NCBI RefSeq assembly: GCF_030028105.1
Contig: NC_092378.1
Span: 100,305,731 to 100,369,730 of the forward strand
Origin: Mobula birostris
Taxonomy: Eukaryota
Length of the DNA stretch: 64,000 bases
Direction: 5' to 3'
The notes below the pieces were generated by a model. The model saw nothing but the letters and a program-made list of their open reading frames with translations. It did no database searches and was not told the origin of the DNA. Shown one piece after another: positions 38,608 through 50,142 of this stretch. Positions within the stretch are counted from its first letter, which is position 1. Each line of letters starts with the position of its first letter. A program made the position numbers and the translations under genes.

Positions 38608-39492
38608 ATGATCTATATTATTGAACTACGACTTTTACTTATTGAAAATGAATACCAGAACACGAGAAGCCAAAGAAGGGAAAGGATCCACCAGGAACGG
38701 AAAAAAAATGGTGATCCTGGAACTTCGAAGGATGCTCCGGTAACTATGGAACAAATGAAGAAACTTTTAAAAGATACAGTTAATCGAAGACTCACCGCAA
38801 TTGAAGAAGCGTTGAATTTGAGGAACGAAGTATCAAGAACATTCAGACGTGAAATCGACCAACATCAAGTCAGAATTTCGGAATTAGATGAAGATGGCCA
38901 TAAAAGAGAAAAAAGAATTGAAGCGCCTGAAAAATGTTTAACTTCGGTAACTCAGCAATTGGAACGCTATCAAGCTAAGACTATCGATCTTGAAAATTGT
39001 TCCCGACGACAGAATTTGCACTTAATTGGTTTCCCTGAGGATGTTGAGAAGGGAGATCGTACCAAATATTTTTCTAAATTGCTAATGGATGTGTTTGGCT
39101 CTGATATATTGGAAGAACCACTGATATTAGATTGTGCTCATTGTTCATTCCGTTTTAATCCGGAGAAATCGGCTAAACCGAGATCGATCATTATTCGATT
39201 TCATTATGTCCACGAGAAGGAACGAGTTATCCGAGCGGCTTGGAAGAAAGGTATGATCGAATTTCAAGATTTCAAGTTCAGAATTGTTGAAGACTACAGC
39301 CAAGTGGTTCTGAAAAAACGGATGGCTTTTAAACTTCAGATGGCAGAACTTTATTGTCGGGGCTATAAAATAGCGCTACTGTTTCCAGCCCGTATGAGAG
39401 TGGTTATGCCGGATAACTCGCGCAGTCTGTTTAAAAATCCGATGGAAGCCCAAAGTTTTCTCGATGATCTGCCTCCCTTTACAGAGGATTAA
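38608..39492 (+). CDS. L1 ORF1p (coiled coil, RRM, CTD); frame open, true start uncertain
   Basis: DLENCSRRQNLHLIGFPE, PRSIIIRF, EDYS, LFPARMRV. Confidence 0.8.
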   Translation: MIYIIELRLLLIENEYQNTRSQRRERIHQERKKNGDPGTSKDAPVTMEQMKKLLKDTVNRRLTAIEEALNLRNEVSRTFRREIDQHQVRISELDEDGHKREKRIEAPEKCLTSVTQQLERYQAKTIDLENCSRRQNLHLIGFPEDVEKGDRTKYFSKLLMDVFGSDILEEPLILDCAHCSFRFNPEKSAKPRSIIIRFHYVHEKERVIRAAWKKGMIEFQDFKFRIVEDYSQVVLKKRMAFKLQMAELYCRGYKIALLFPARMRVVMPDNSRSLFKNPMEAQSFLDDLPPFTED

Positions 39493-40202
39493 TCAATGTA
39501 TCATTTGGTTTTTTCTCTCGTCTCTGATTGTTTAGTTCGAGGTTTTGTTTTCTCGATCTGGCAGTGTATGTTCGTTTTATATAGTTAAATGATATTAGGC
39601 TTTTCTGTTAGTGATCCTGTATATCTTACTCTTAATACCTTTGGGTAGTTATTTAGTTATAAGTTTAATGATTGTTTTCTTTTCGAAATGTTACTAAAGT
39701 ATTATATTTTAAAATGGGGGATTGTTTTTTTCTTCTCCTCAGAATCCTTGCTGTTTCTTACGTCATTTCTGATCATTTATATTTGAAAAATTAATATAGT
39801 AATATGATTTAATGTTCGATGTTCTTTGAAATATGAGTAGCAAGGAACTTTTTAATGCTTTTAATCTCTTGTTATAGTTAGTTTTTACTTTTTTCCATAA
39901 GAGTGGTGTTTTTCTTGATAAACATATTTCTGTTGGGTCGCCCTCCGGAAAGATGGGGGTAGGTTTAGTCTTAGATTTAGCATTGACCACTGTCTGGCTT
40001 TTTTCTGGGGTTTTGTGGGAGGTGGGTGGTATTTTTCCTTTTATTCCTTTTTCATCTTTTCTTTTTAAACGGGCTGACCAGAAACTACTAAAATGTCTGA
40101 AATGTCGTAACTTGCGGTTCCTCTTTGAATCTTTTTTCCTCTTCCGGGGTCATGAGTCTCTACTCTGGTTAACCCTTTACATTCTTTATACTCAAGCTCA
40201 TT

Positions 40203-43200
40203 ATGATGGATAAGACCATTAATTTAGTTTCTTGGAATACAAATGGTTTAAACCACCTGGTTAAACGGAAGAAAATTTTTAAAGTATTCCACAGGATGAA
40301 TGCTCATATTATTTTTGTACAAGAAACTCATGTCCGGAAAGAGGATAATCAACATTTCTTTAGATTCTGGAAGGACCAACAGTATCATGCGAATTCACAA
40401 GCTAAAGTAAAAGGCGTATCTATATTTATAGATTCGTCAATTTCATTTACGCACTATGAGACGATTTCAGATTGTAATGGCAGATTTTTATTGATTACTG
40501 GCTTGCTATTTAACAAAAAAGTTGCCATGCTCAATGTTTATGCCCCAAATGTTGACTGTCCTGATTTTTTCAAGAATCTCCTCACATCTCTTCCCAATTT
40601 AAATGACTATATGCTGATTGTGGGTGGTGATTTTAATTGTTGTTTAAACCCTTTGATAGATAGATCTAAGTTTAATCACGCACTTCCGAATAAATCGGCT
40701 ACCCTTATTAACTCTTTTATGATTGACTCTGGAATCTCAGAAATTTGGAGATTCTTGTATCCAAATGACAAAGAGTTCTCTTTTTTTTCACATGTACATC
40801 AGCATTATTCAAGAATTGACTACTTTCTTATTGACTCTCGATTAATTCCTTTTGTTACGAGTTGTGAATATGATTCTATTGCTGTTTCTGACCATGCACC
40901 GTTGAAATTATTTATCAACTTAAGGGATATATCTACTAATTCTAGACAATGGAGATTTAATATCTCTTTGCTTCAAGATTCAGATTTCGTTAGGTTTATT
41001 GATGAACAGATTAAGTTTTCCTTGACAACGAATTCCACGGATGATATTTCCAGTGGGATCCTCTGGGATACTTTTAAAGCATATACTCGTGGACAAATTA
41101 TTTCGTACACTGCTGGACTAAAAAAGCGAACTAAGAAGGAAATACTTAACTGGTTGACAAGATTAAAGAAGTTGATAAGAAATATTCTATAGCTCCTAAT
41201 CAAGAACTTTATAAACAGAGTTGAACTTCAAATGGAACATAACCTTTTATTATCATCTTCAATTGAAAGTCAATTAACCAAAACTAAGAGTCAATTTTAT
41301 ATACATGGTGATAAAACTGGGAAACTTTTAGCTAATCAATTGAAATCGGCCTCGGTTAAAGGACAGATTCTTAAAATTCATAAACAAGATGGCACTTTTG
41401 ACAGTTGACCATGACGAGATTAATAAATCCTTTCAAGAATTTTATACCTCTCTTTATCAATCAGAATTTCCTGATGACTCCACTATAATGTATGAATTTT
41501 TTAAGAAATTGAATATTCCAAAATTATCATCTAATGAACGTTCAAAACTAGACGTACCTATTACTGTAGAGGAAATAAGGAATGCTATTTTTTCAATGAA
41601 TTCAGGTAAAGCACCTGGTCCAGATGGATTTACAGTAGAATTTTTAAAATTTTTCTGAACTACACTAACTCCTTGTCTATGTAGCATTTTTATGGATGCA
41701 GTTTCAATAGGTAAATTACCACAATCTTTCTATCGAGCTTCTATTTCCCTAATTCTTAAAAAAGATAAAGATCCTACTGAATGTGCATCTTATAGGCCTA
41801 TATCTCTGCCGAATGTTGATTCTAAGATATTTTTCTAAAATATTGGCAACGAGATTGGAGAATGTATTACCCCAGGTTATTTCTGCTAATCAAACTGGAT
41901 TTATTAAAAATCGTTTAGGAGATTAATGAATATCGTTTATACGCCTTCACCCAAAATTCCAGAATGTGTCGTCTCATTGGATGCTGAAAAAGCTTTTGAT
42001 AGAGTTGAATGGGTATATTTATTCAATACCCTTGAGAAATTTAATTTTAGTCCGATATTCATTTCCTGGATTAAACTGATATATTTTACCCCTTTGGCCT
42101 TGGTATTTACTAACAACCAAAGATCCCCCTTTTTTCATTTATTCCGTGGTACTATGCAGGGTTGCCCTCTTAGTCCCTTATTATTTGATACTGCCTTGAA
42201 ACCGCTAGCTATTGCCATTCGTGACTCCCCTAATATATTTGGTATTACCCGTGGAAATGTGTCTCATAAATTATCACTATATGCAGCTGATCTACTATTA
42301 TATATTTTTAACCCAGGAAAATCTATTCCGGCAGTATTAACTTTGCTTGCTCAGTTTAGTAGCTTTTCTGGTTATAAACTGAACCTAAGTAAGAGTGAAC
42401 TCTTTCCATTAAATATGCAGGTTCCTATTTATAGATATTCTCCATTTAGATTGATTACTGATTATTTTACTTATTTGGGAGTTAAAATTACTAAGAGACA
42501 TAAGGATCTATTCAATTTCAACCTTTTACCATTAATTAATCAGGTTAAACAACTGATTACTAAATGGTCCCCTTTGTCTCTATCATTGATTGGCCGTATT
42601 AATGCTTTTAAAATGATTATTTTACCCAAATTTTTATATTTATTTCAAGCGATACCGATTTTTATTCCTAAATCTTTTTTTGATATTATTAACTCTAAAA
42701 TTTCTTATATATGGCAAAATAGAAATCCCAGATTAAGTAAAAATTACTTACAGAAATCTAAGAAAGAAGGCGGTTTGGCATTGCCTGTCCTAAGATTTTA
42801 CTACTGGGCAATTAATATCCGATACTTAATATTTTGGACACAAGATTGGAATATAACTCCAAGCCCACGTTGGGTAAACCTTGAAGGCCATTCTGTACAA
42901 GGGTTTTCTTTAGCCTCCATTTTAGGAACTTCATTGCCTTTTGCACTATCTAAATTGAATAAACAAATTTTCAACCCTATAGTTAAACATACATTGCGAA
43001 TATGGTTTCAATTTCGTAAATTTTTTGGCCTGAATGAATTTATGTTATCAAGTCCTATTATATCTAAATTTTTTTTCCAACCTTCGGTAATGGACCAAGC
43101 CTTTTTATGTTTTCGCGATTTATTTTTGGATAACCGCTTTATGTCTTTCGAGCAGTTATCTGAGAAATTTGATTTGCCTAGATCCCATTTTTTTAGATAC

Positions 43201-43938
43201 TTACAAATAAGAAATTTTTTAAATATTAAGTTGCCTACCTTTTCGACTTCCAATCCTTCTGGCACTCTTGATAAAATTTTAGGCTTTAATCCTTTGCAGA
43301 AGGGATTAATAGCAATAATTTATGATATAATTATGAAATTACAGCCAGATATATCTGACAAAATTAAAAATGAATGGGAAAGGGAACTTCAACCTTCCCT
43401 ACCTACAGAGAAATGGGATAAAATTTTTCAATTAGTTAGTACTTCTTCTATATGTGCTAAACATACTTTAATACAATTTATAGTACACAGAGCTCATATG
43501 TCCAAAGATAAACTAGCTCGTTTTTATTCCCATATAAACCCTACTTGTGATAGATGTCACTCTGAAGTGGCTTCTTTAACTCATATGTTTTGGTCCCGTC
43601 CTCTTTTGGAAAAATACTGGAAAGACATTTTTGACATTATTTCCACAGTTCTATGTTTCGATTTAAAACCCCATCCTATTACGGCAATCTTTGGATTGCC
43701 AATGGTAGAACGTAGATCTTTGTCTTCAGCCTGTTGAATGATAGCTTTTGTTACTTTAATGGCGAGAAGATCTATTTTGTTGAACTGGAAGGAAACTAAT
43801 CCTCCAACTACATTCCAATGGTTTTCTCAAACCATATTAAGTTTAAATTTAGAAAAAATTAGAAGTGATATTTTTGACCCTTTAGTTAAATTTGAAGAAA
43901 CTTGGAAACCTTTTATGCAACATTTTCACATGATGTAA
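40203..43938 (+). pseudogene. L1 ORF2 (APE, RT, CCHC), disrupted
   Basis: SWNTNGL, VQETH, GGDFN, SRIDY, SDHAP, KAPGPDG, LDAEKAFDRV, QGCPLSP. YADD is mutated to YAAD. Frameshifts near 41150 and 41830, stops at 41656 and 43735. Confidence 0.92.
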
Positions 43939-45347
43939 TCTGACCTTTCAGAATCTTTTTTCTAAATTTAAATTATATGATGAGAGGAGCGGAGTTAATG
44001 ACATTATTGAACATGTCCGATATAAGCTGTTGGTCTAGCCCTGTGTTTTTTTTTCTTTTCTTTTGGGGTTTTTTTTTTCCTCTTTTTTTTCTTTTGGGGT
44101 TTTTTGTTTATATTTTTTTAATGTTTAATCTCATTATGAGTTTGGAAGTCTTTTATATCTATGTTACTTAAAATTCATTTTATATATGTTGATGAACATT
44201 TTTCCAATCTCTTTGTACCAACTTTGTTATTGAGTTTGTAATTTTGAAAAATTAATAAAAAGATTTATAAAAAAAAAAGGGACAGAACTGGCCCGCCGGT
44301 TCATGCTCTAACTTGGGGTACAGTGAATTTTGATGATATGAGACAGGAGCTTGCAAAGGTTGATTAGAGTTAGTTGCTTGTGGACAAAGGGACTACAGGC
44401 AAGTGGGAGGCTTTTAAAGGTGCAACTGTGAGAGTTTAAGGTCTGCGTGTTCCTGAAGGGCAAGGCTGGTAGGGGCAGAGAACCTTGGATGATGAGGGAT
44501 GTTGAGGCACTCTGTAGGAGAAAGGAGGCATGGGTCAAATACAGGCAGCTGGGATAAGGGATCTCTGAGGAATATAAAGGATGCTGGAGTGTACTTGAGA
44601 AGGAAATCGGGAAGCAAAAAAGAAACATGCGGTAATGTTGGCAGGAAAGATTAATGAAAATCCGAAGAGATATTATGTACTTAAAGGGAAAAAGGGTAAC
44701 CAGAGAGAATACAGCTTCTCAAAGACCTAGGAGGACACATTTGTGTGGAGCTGCAGGGGATGGGCCAATAATATTTCTTTGAGTATTTCTCCTGCTTTTA
44801 CCATGGAGAAAGACATAAGACTTCAGAACCAGGAAAAGTAAATGGGGAGGTGTTCGGTAGTTACTATTATTAGAGAGGAGATGCTAGATGTCTTAAAAGG
44901 TATGACAGGTAAATCTCTAGGGCCTGTACAGGTATATTCAGGGAGGCCAGAGAAGAAATTGCAGGAGCCCTGCCTGAGATGTTTGCATCACGATTAGCCA
45001 TGGGTGAGGTACCTGCAGACTTGGGGGGTGACAAGCATTGTACCTTCACTTAAGAAAGGCAGCATAGTAAAACTGGGAACTATAGCCAATAAATCTAGCA
45101 TCTGTGGAGATAAGTTACTGGAACAGATGCTGAGGGTTAAGAGGTACATACTTCTGGAAAGGTAGTGGTTGATTAGGGGTATTCAACATGACTTTGTGTG
45201 TCGCTGATCATGTATAATGAACTTCACTGAGTTGTTTTTGAAATGACTGAGAAAATTCATGAAGGCAGCGGAGGAGATGTAATTTATATTGACTTCAGTA
45301 GCCTTCATTAAGGTTCCACATGGTATGAGAAAGTGTTTGTTTATTAA

Positions 45348-45491
<144 letters not shown>

Positions 45492-47125
45492 TAATCACTC
45501 AGTCTGTAATTGTACAGTATGTTGACCATATGTAGGAGGCAGGAACTTTCAGCAGAGTTCAGTGACTGTCTGAGCTTTGGAAATGTGTTGGGGATTGTAT
45601 GTGGAAATGCTGTGGTTGGAGGCGTGGGGTATCAGTTAGGAATGAAGAAGCTGGATAAATGCTTTGTGGGTTTAGCAAGTGTAATTCTGGATGCTGTGCC
45701 TTTTAATGTGCCTTTCAACCCAGCAAATGTCCAAAGACAGCGCTCACTTTTAACATATGGAAAATAATTAAGTATTTGTTAAATGTTATATAATTTGTAG
45801 CGTCTGTTTTGTATTCGAGGAGGTGTACTGGGGTCTTTCCAGAATAACAATGAAAGTTCGCTTATTGTTTTATGTCGCTATTGGACATTAGTTTAACCCC
45901 TACCAGCATGCGGTAGCCTCTTTGACAGGCAGCTCTTCAAGCATCCTAAACCGTCATTCCCCTTGGTGCACGGTTAACAATTAATAGAACAATAAATATT
46001 GACTGGTCTTTATTTATTGTCATGGGATTGTTGAGTTTTTTTCCTCCAGGGTAAGGGAGTCTGAAACTAGAACTGGCCTTCAGTTCTTTATTTCCTCTTG
46101 AATGGAGCACACTCCCTTGGCATTGCATTGAATCTCTAGCCCTGGGTGGAAGAACCCCTTTCAAATTGCTCTGTCATTTTTAATCAACTATCTCTAGATC
46201 TTCTTTTACCTCTTTTAGAAATGTCAGAGTTGTGTGGCATGGACCAAGTCATGCATGCTGACCGAGTAGCCTCCCTGAGTAGTCCCATCTGCCTTTCCAA
46301 TCAATTTGTATCGAAATGTCTTTTAAATGTTATAATTGTACCCACCTCTAAAGCTTCCTCTGGCAGCTTGTTTCATATATGTACCACCCTCTGTGTGGTG
46401 CAAGTTGCCCCTTGGGTCCTTTCTAATTCTTTTTCCTCTCACTTTAAAATTATGACCTCTAGTTTCAGACTCCCTTACCCTGGAGGGGAAAAAAACTAAC
46501 CACCCCCTTATCTAGTTCCATCATTACATTATAAACTTCTATAAGCCCATACTTGGCCTCCTGCTCTCAGCCTACTTTGCCTCTCCTTATAACTCAAGCC
46601 CTCCAGTCCAAGTAACATCCAGTGAATCTTCCCTAGCCCCTTCTGCAGCTTAATTACATCCTACCTATAGCTGGGTGACCAGAACTGCACACAATACTTC
46701 CAAGATTGGCCTCACAAATGTCTTGTACATGTTTAACATGACTTTCCAAATGCTTTATTTGGTGACCTGACTGATGAAGAAAAGTGTGCCAAATACCTTA
46801 ATGACCACCCTGCCTAACTGTGTTTCTGCTTTCAGGGAACTATGTACCTGTACCACTACATCACTCTCCATCAGAGCCCTGTGCCCACTAATTTGTATTT
46901 GCTCTTTGAATTATTTGTATCAAACCCTCTGCACTTTTCAGTATTAAACTTAACTTGCCATGCCACAAGTCTATTTGTATCTTCTTTGAGTCTTGTATAC
47001 AGTGGATTCTGGTTAATTGGAACACTTTGAGACCAGTACATTTTGGCCTATGTAAGTGGCTGTCCCAATTAGCTGGTTTCATGGCATATTTTTTTAAAAC
47101 TACCGTTTAACTGAATAACAAGTTA

Positions 47126-47726
47126 CAGGTGTGCACTGCTTAACATCCATTCGGACAACGTCCGATCGCATATATGATCGTAGTCCCGATTGGAGAATGT
47201 GACATAGCGGACGTAACCAATCTTGTGTATCACGCATCTCTTGAGTGTAGTAGCGTTATCTCTCTGTTTAATTTTCTTTGGAAAATATTACCAGTGCATC
47301 ATGGCTTCCAAACGCAGCAAAACCACTCCTAGTGATAGCAGCAGCAAGAGGCAAAGGAAAAGTATTGATTTGGAAGTGAAACAAAAGGTTATTAAACAAT
47401 ATGAAGGTGGAAAACCAGTGAATGCTATTGCTCGGGATTTAGGCATGTTGCACTGGACAATCACGACGATCCTGAAAAACAAAGAAAAAATTCTCGAAGC
47501 TGTTAAGGGATCAGCCGCACTGAAAATTACAAGGCTCACAAAAATGCGAGGGGGACCTATATCGGATATGGAGAAATTGCTGATGACATGGATTTAGTCA
47601 GTACAGGTACACTACAGTACTCCATGTAGGTTTGCTAAGTATATAATATGGTGTTCGCACAACGTCCAAATCACATAATGTCCGATTTCACAGAATGTAT
47701 CGTGGACGTTAAGCAACACATACCTG
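47126..47726 (+). mobile_element. Tigger-type deletion derivative, copy A, encoding only the N-terminal psq-HTH/CENP-B region
   Basis: TA..CAGGT TIRs. MASKRSK..RKSIDLEVKQKVIKQYEGG..IARDLGM..MEKLLMTWI. Confidence 0.88.
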
Positions 47727-48095
47727 TATGTAGTTAATGAAATGTGGAACAAATCAGAACACTACAAATGCTACTACAGGTCTACGAAGCTGTGTATTAG
47801 TTTCTAATAGTTATCAACAGAGGAACTCAGCCTGTGTATGCTGCTCTGTAAATGAACAAAATTAATACTACATGCAGATGATGGACTGCCTTCATATAAT
47901 GCTTTCAATGATCACTTCTCCATAATCTTCATAGTGCCTAACTTGTTGAAGTAGTGAAATTGTTTCATTTATATTCATGGCTCTTTCTGGCACCTCCAAG
48001 CCTGAATCCTTGAAACTGCAGTGAGCATAACAGTTCTGAATTGTCTTACTGCTTATTTCTCGCCAACACATGCAACTCACACTATTTTAAAAACT

Positions 48096-48316
48096 CATCA
48101 AAGTTGCTGGTGAACGCAGCAGGCCAGGCAGCATCTCTAGGAAGAGGTGCAGTCGACATTTCAGGCCGAGACCCTTCGTCTAGTCCTGATGAAGGGTCTC
48201 GGCCTGAAACGTCGACTGCACCTCTTCCTAGAGATGCTGCCCGGCCTGCTGCGTTCACCAGCAACTTTGATGTGTGTTGCTTGAATTTCCAGCATCTGCA
48301 GAATTCCTGTTGTTTG
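48096..48316 (+). mobile_element. 221-bp palindromic Penelope terminal insert with a 14-bp TSD
   Basis: TSD CTATTTTAAAAACT at 48082..48095 and 48317..48330. Arms 48096..48180 and 48188..48272. Confidence 0.9.
48182..48217 (+). ncRNA. Minimal type I hammerhead ribozyme motif (Penelope type)
   Basis: AGUC-CUGAUGA-AGGGUCUCGGCCU-GAAAC-GUC-GACU. Stem I is AGUC/GACU, the core is intact, stem III is a loopless palindromic ACGU, and cleavage is predicted after 48213. Activity untested. Confidence 0.75.
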
Positions 48317-49066
48317 CTATTTTAAAAACTGTTCGCTCTAAGCACAGTGTAGCGTCTAACAGCCACACAAGTGCACGTGACTGACGCTAGTTGGAAACTG
48401 TTCTGCAACAGTCTCCTGTCCCAATTAAATAGTGTAGTGTCCCAAATAAATGAAGGGAATCCTGGCTATTTTCTTGATTAGTTTTTGTTCTTTAAGAGGT
48501 GTCCAATTAACCAGAATCCACTGTACAAAGTTCTGCTGGAAATAATGCGCTGACACTCAATCCAAGGCAGTAACATACTGAAAAGGAATGGTTAAAATTT
48601 TGAGGAGCATCACTACACCAACGATTCCAAAAGTCAAACTGCTTATTCTCTGTTACTTAATCAATTTTCTGTCCATATCATGAGTCCCATTAATTCCATG
48701 ATCTTCAATCCTGATAACTTGTCTGTTATGTGCATTTTAGCAAAAGCCTTTCGAAACTTCATTGAAGTCAACAATTTGCCTTTAACAAATCCAGGCTCTC
48801 TCTTCTTAATCAATCCATACACATCCAAATGACTGATAATTCTGTTGTTAATTGTTTCCCCATCAGAGAGGTGAAACTGATTGGTTTATGACTGGTGGAT
48901 TTATTCCTGCACTTTAATAAGGATGTAACATGTAAAATTTTCTATCCATTGGTTCTAGCCTTAAATCTCGAGAGGTTTGTAAGTTTGTGGGTAGGACCTC
49001 TGCAGTTTCCTCTCTCAGCAGCCGAGGATGATTTATCCATTTTAAGTGCAGTTAGCTGTTCTAGTA

Positions 49067-49672
49067 CAGGTATGCGTTGCTTAACGTCCACGATACGTTC
49101 TGTGAAATCAGGCGTTACGTGATTTGGACGTTGTGCGAAAACCATATTATATACTTAGCAAACCTATATGGAGTACTGTAGTGTACCTGTACTGACTAAA
49201 TCCATGTCATCAGCAATTTCTCCATATCCGATATAGGTCCCCCTCGCATTTTTGTGAGCCTTGTAGTTTTCAGTGCAGCCGATCCTTTAACAGCTTCGAG
49301 AATTTTTTCTTTGTTTTTCAGGGTCGTCGTGATTGTCGAGTGCGACATGCCTAAATCCCGAGCAATAGCATTCACTGGTTTTCCACCTTCATATTGTTTA
49401 ATAACCTTTCGTTTAACTTCCAAATCAATACTTTTCCTTTTGCTTCTTGCTGCTGCTATCACTAGGAGTGGTTTTGCTGCGTTTGGAAGCCATGATGCAC
49501 TTTACGGTAGTATTTTCGAAAGAAAATTAAACAGAGAGATAACGCTACTAAACTCAAGAGTTGCATGATACACGAGATGGGTTACGTCTGCTACGTCACA
49601 TTCTCCGATCGGGACTACGGACGTATATGCGATCGGATGTTGTCCGAATGGATGTTAAGTGGTGCACACCTG
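49067..49672 (-). mobile_element. Tigger-type deletion derivative, copy B, inverted relative to copy A
   Basis: TA flanks at 49065-66 and 49673-74. Peptide near-identical to copy A. Confidence 0.88.
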
Positions 49673-49946
49673 TATCTACACTTTATCAACGTTTCCTTCA
49701 TCCAGAATCTCGATGAGGGAAGATTCTCATCAAGAGAATCATGATAAAGATTTACCATGTCACAAGCCTGTTTCTATCATCTTTGAGCTGTGTATACAGT
49801 GGATTCTGGTTAATTGGAACATATTGGGACCAGTACATTTTGGCCCATGTAAGCGGCTGTCCCAATTAGCTGGTTTCATGAAATTAAAAAAGCTACCATT
49901 TAACTGAATAACAAATTATATATTTAAATGAAATACAAAACAAGTT

Positions 49947-50142
49947 GGAGAAGACAGGAGGGGGAGGGATGGAGCCAAGAGCTGGGCAGGTGATTGGCAA
50001 AAGTTCTTAGCTCCATCCCTCCCCCTCCTGTCTTCTCCTATCATTTTGGATCTCCCCTCCCCCTCCCACTTTCAAATCTCTTACTAGCTCTTCCATCAGT
50101 TAGTCCTGACGAAGAGTCTCAGCCCGAAACGTGGACTGTACC
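49947..50142 (+). mobile_element. Penelope terminal fragment with a 5' fold-back and a hammerhead variant
   Basis: Inverted repeat 49947..49983 / 50002..50038. AGTC-CTGACGA..GAAAC-GTG-GACT at 50102..50137. Confidence 0.75.

Larger units (their letters stand above)
38503..44278 (+). mobile_element. Near full-length L1 retrotransposon (~5.8 kb), sense orientation in DCTN5 intron 3
   Basis: ORF1, a T-rich spacer, ORF2, a T-rich 3'UTR, AATAAA and poly(A). Imperfect TSD aaaggg(g)aca. Confidence 0.92.
38310..45327 (+). mobile_element. Degraded CR1 host, present as 38310..38502 plus 44279..45327 and split by the L1
   Basis: The CR1 sequence (SDHSSISFEIV..) resumes after the L1 poly(A) and runs to DFS.AF.KVPH. 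Confidence 0.75.
47000..48523 (-). mobile_element. Non-autonomous Tigger/pogo element hosting two later insertions; a truncated second copy at 49797..49946
   Basis: TA-flanked TIRs CAGTGGATTCTGGTTAATTGGA. Transposase C-terminal remnant WREISSKTIQNCY. Confidence 0.85.

Noticed and set aside
48144-48187. Second hammerhead on the minus strand of the palindrome
   Set aside because: The core reads CUAGACGA..GAAAU and has no stem I partner, so it is broken at the fold-back junction.
48041-48325. Mirror ORFs on both strands
   Set aside because: An artefact of the palindrome, with no recognisable protein features.
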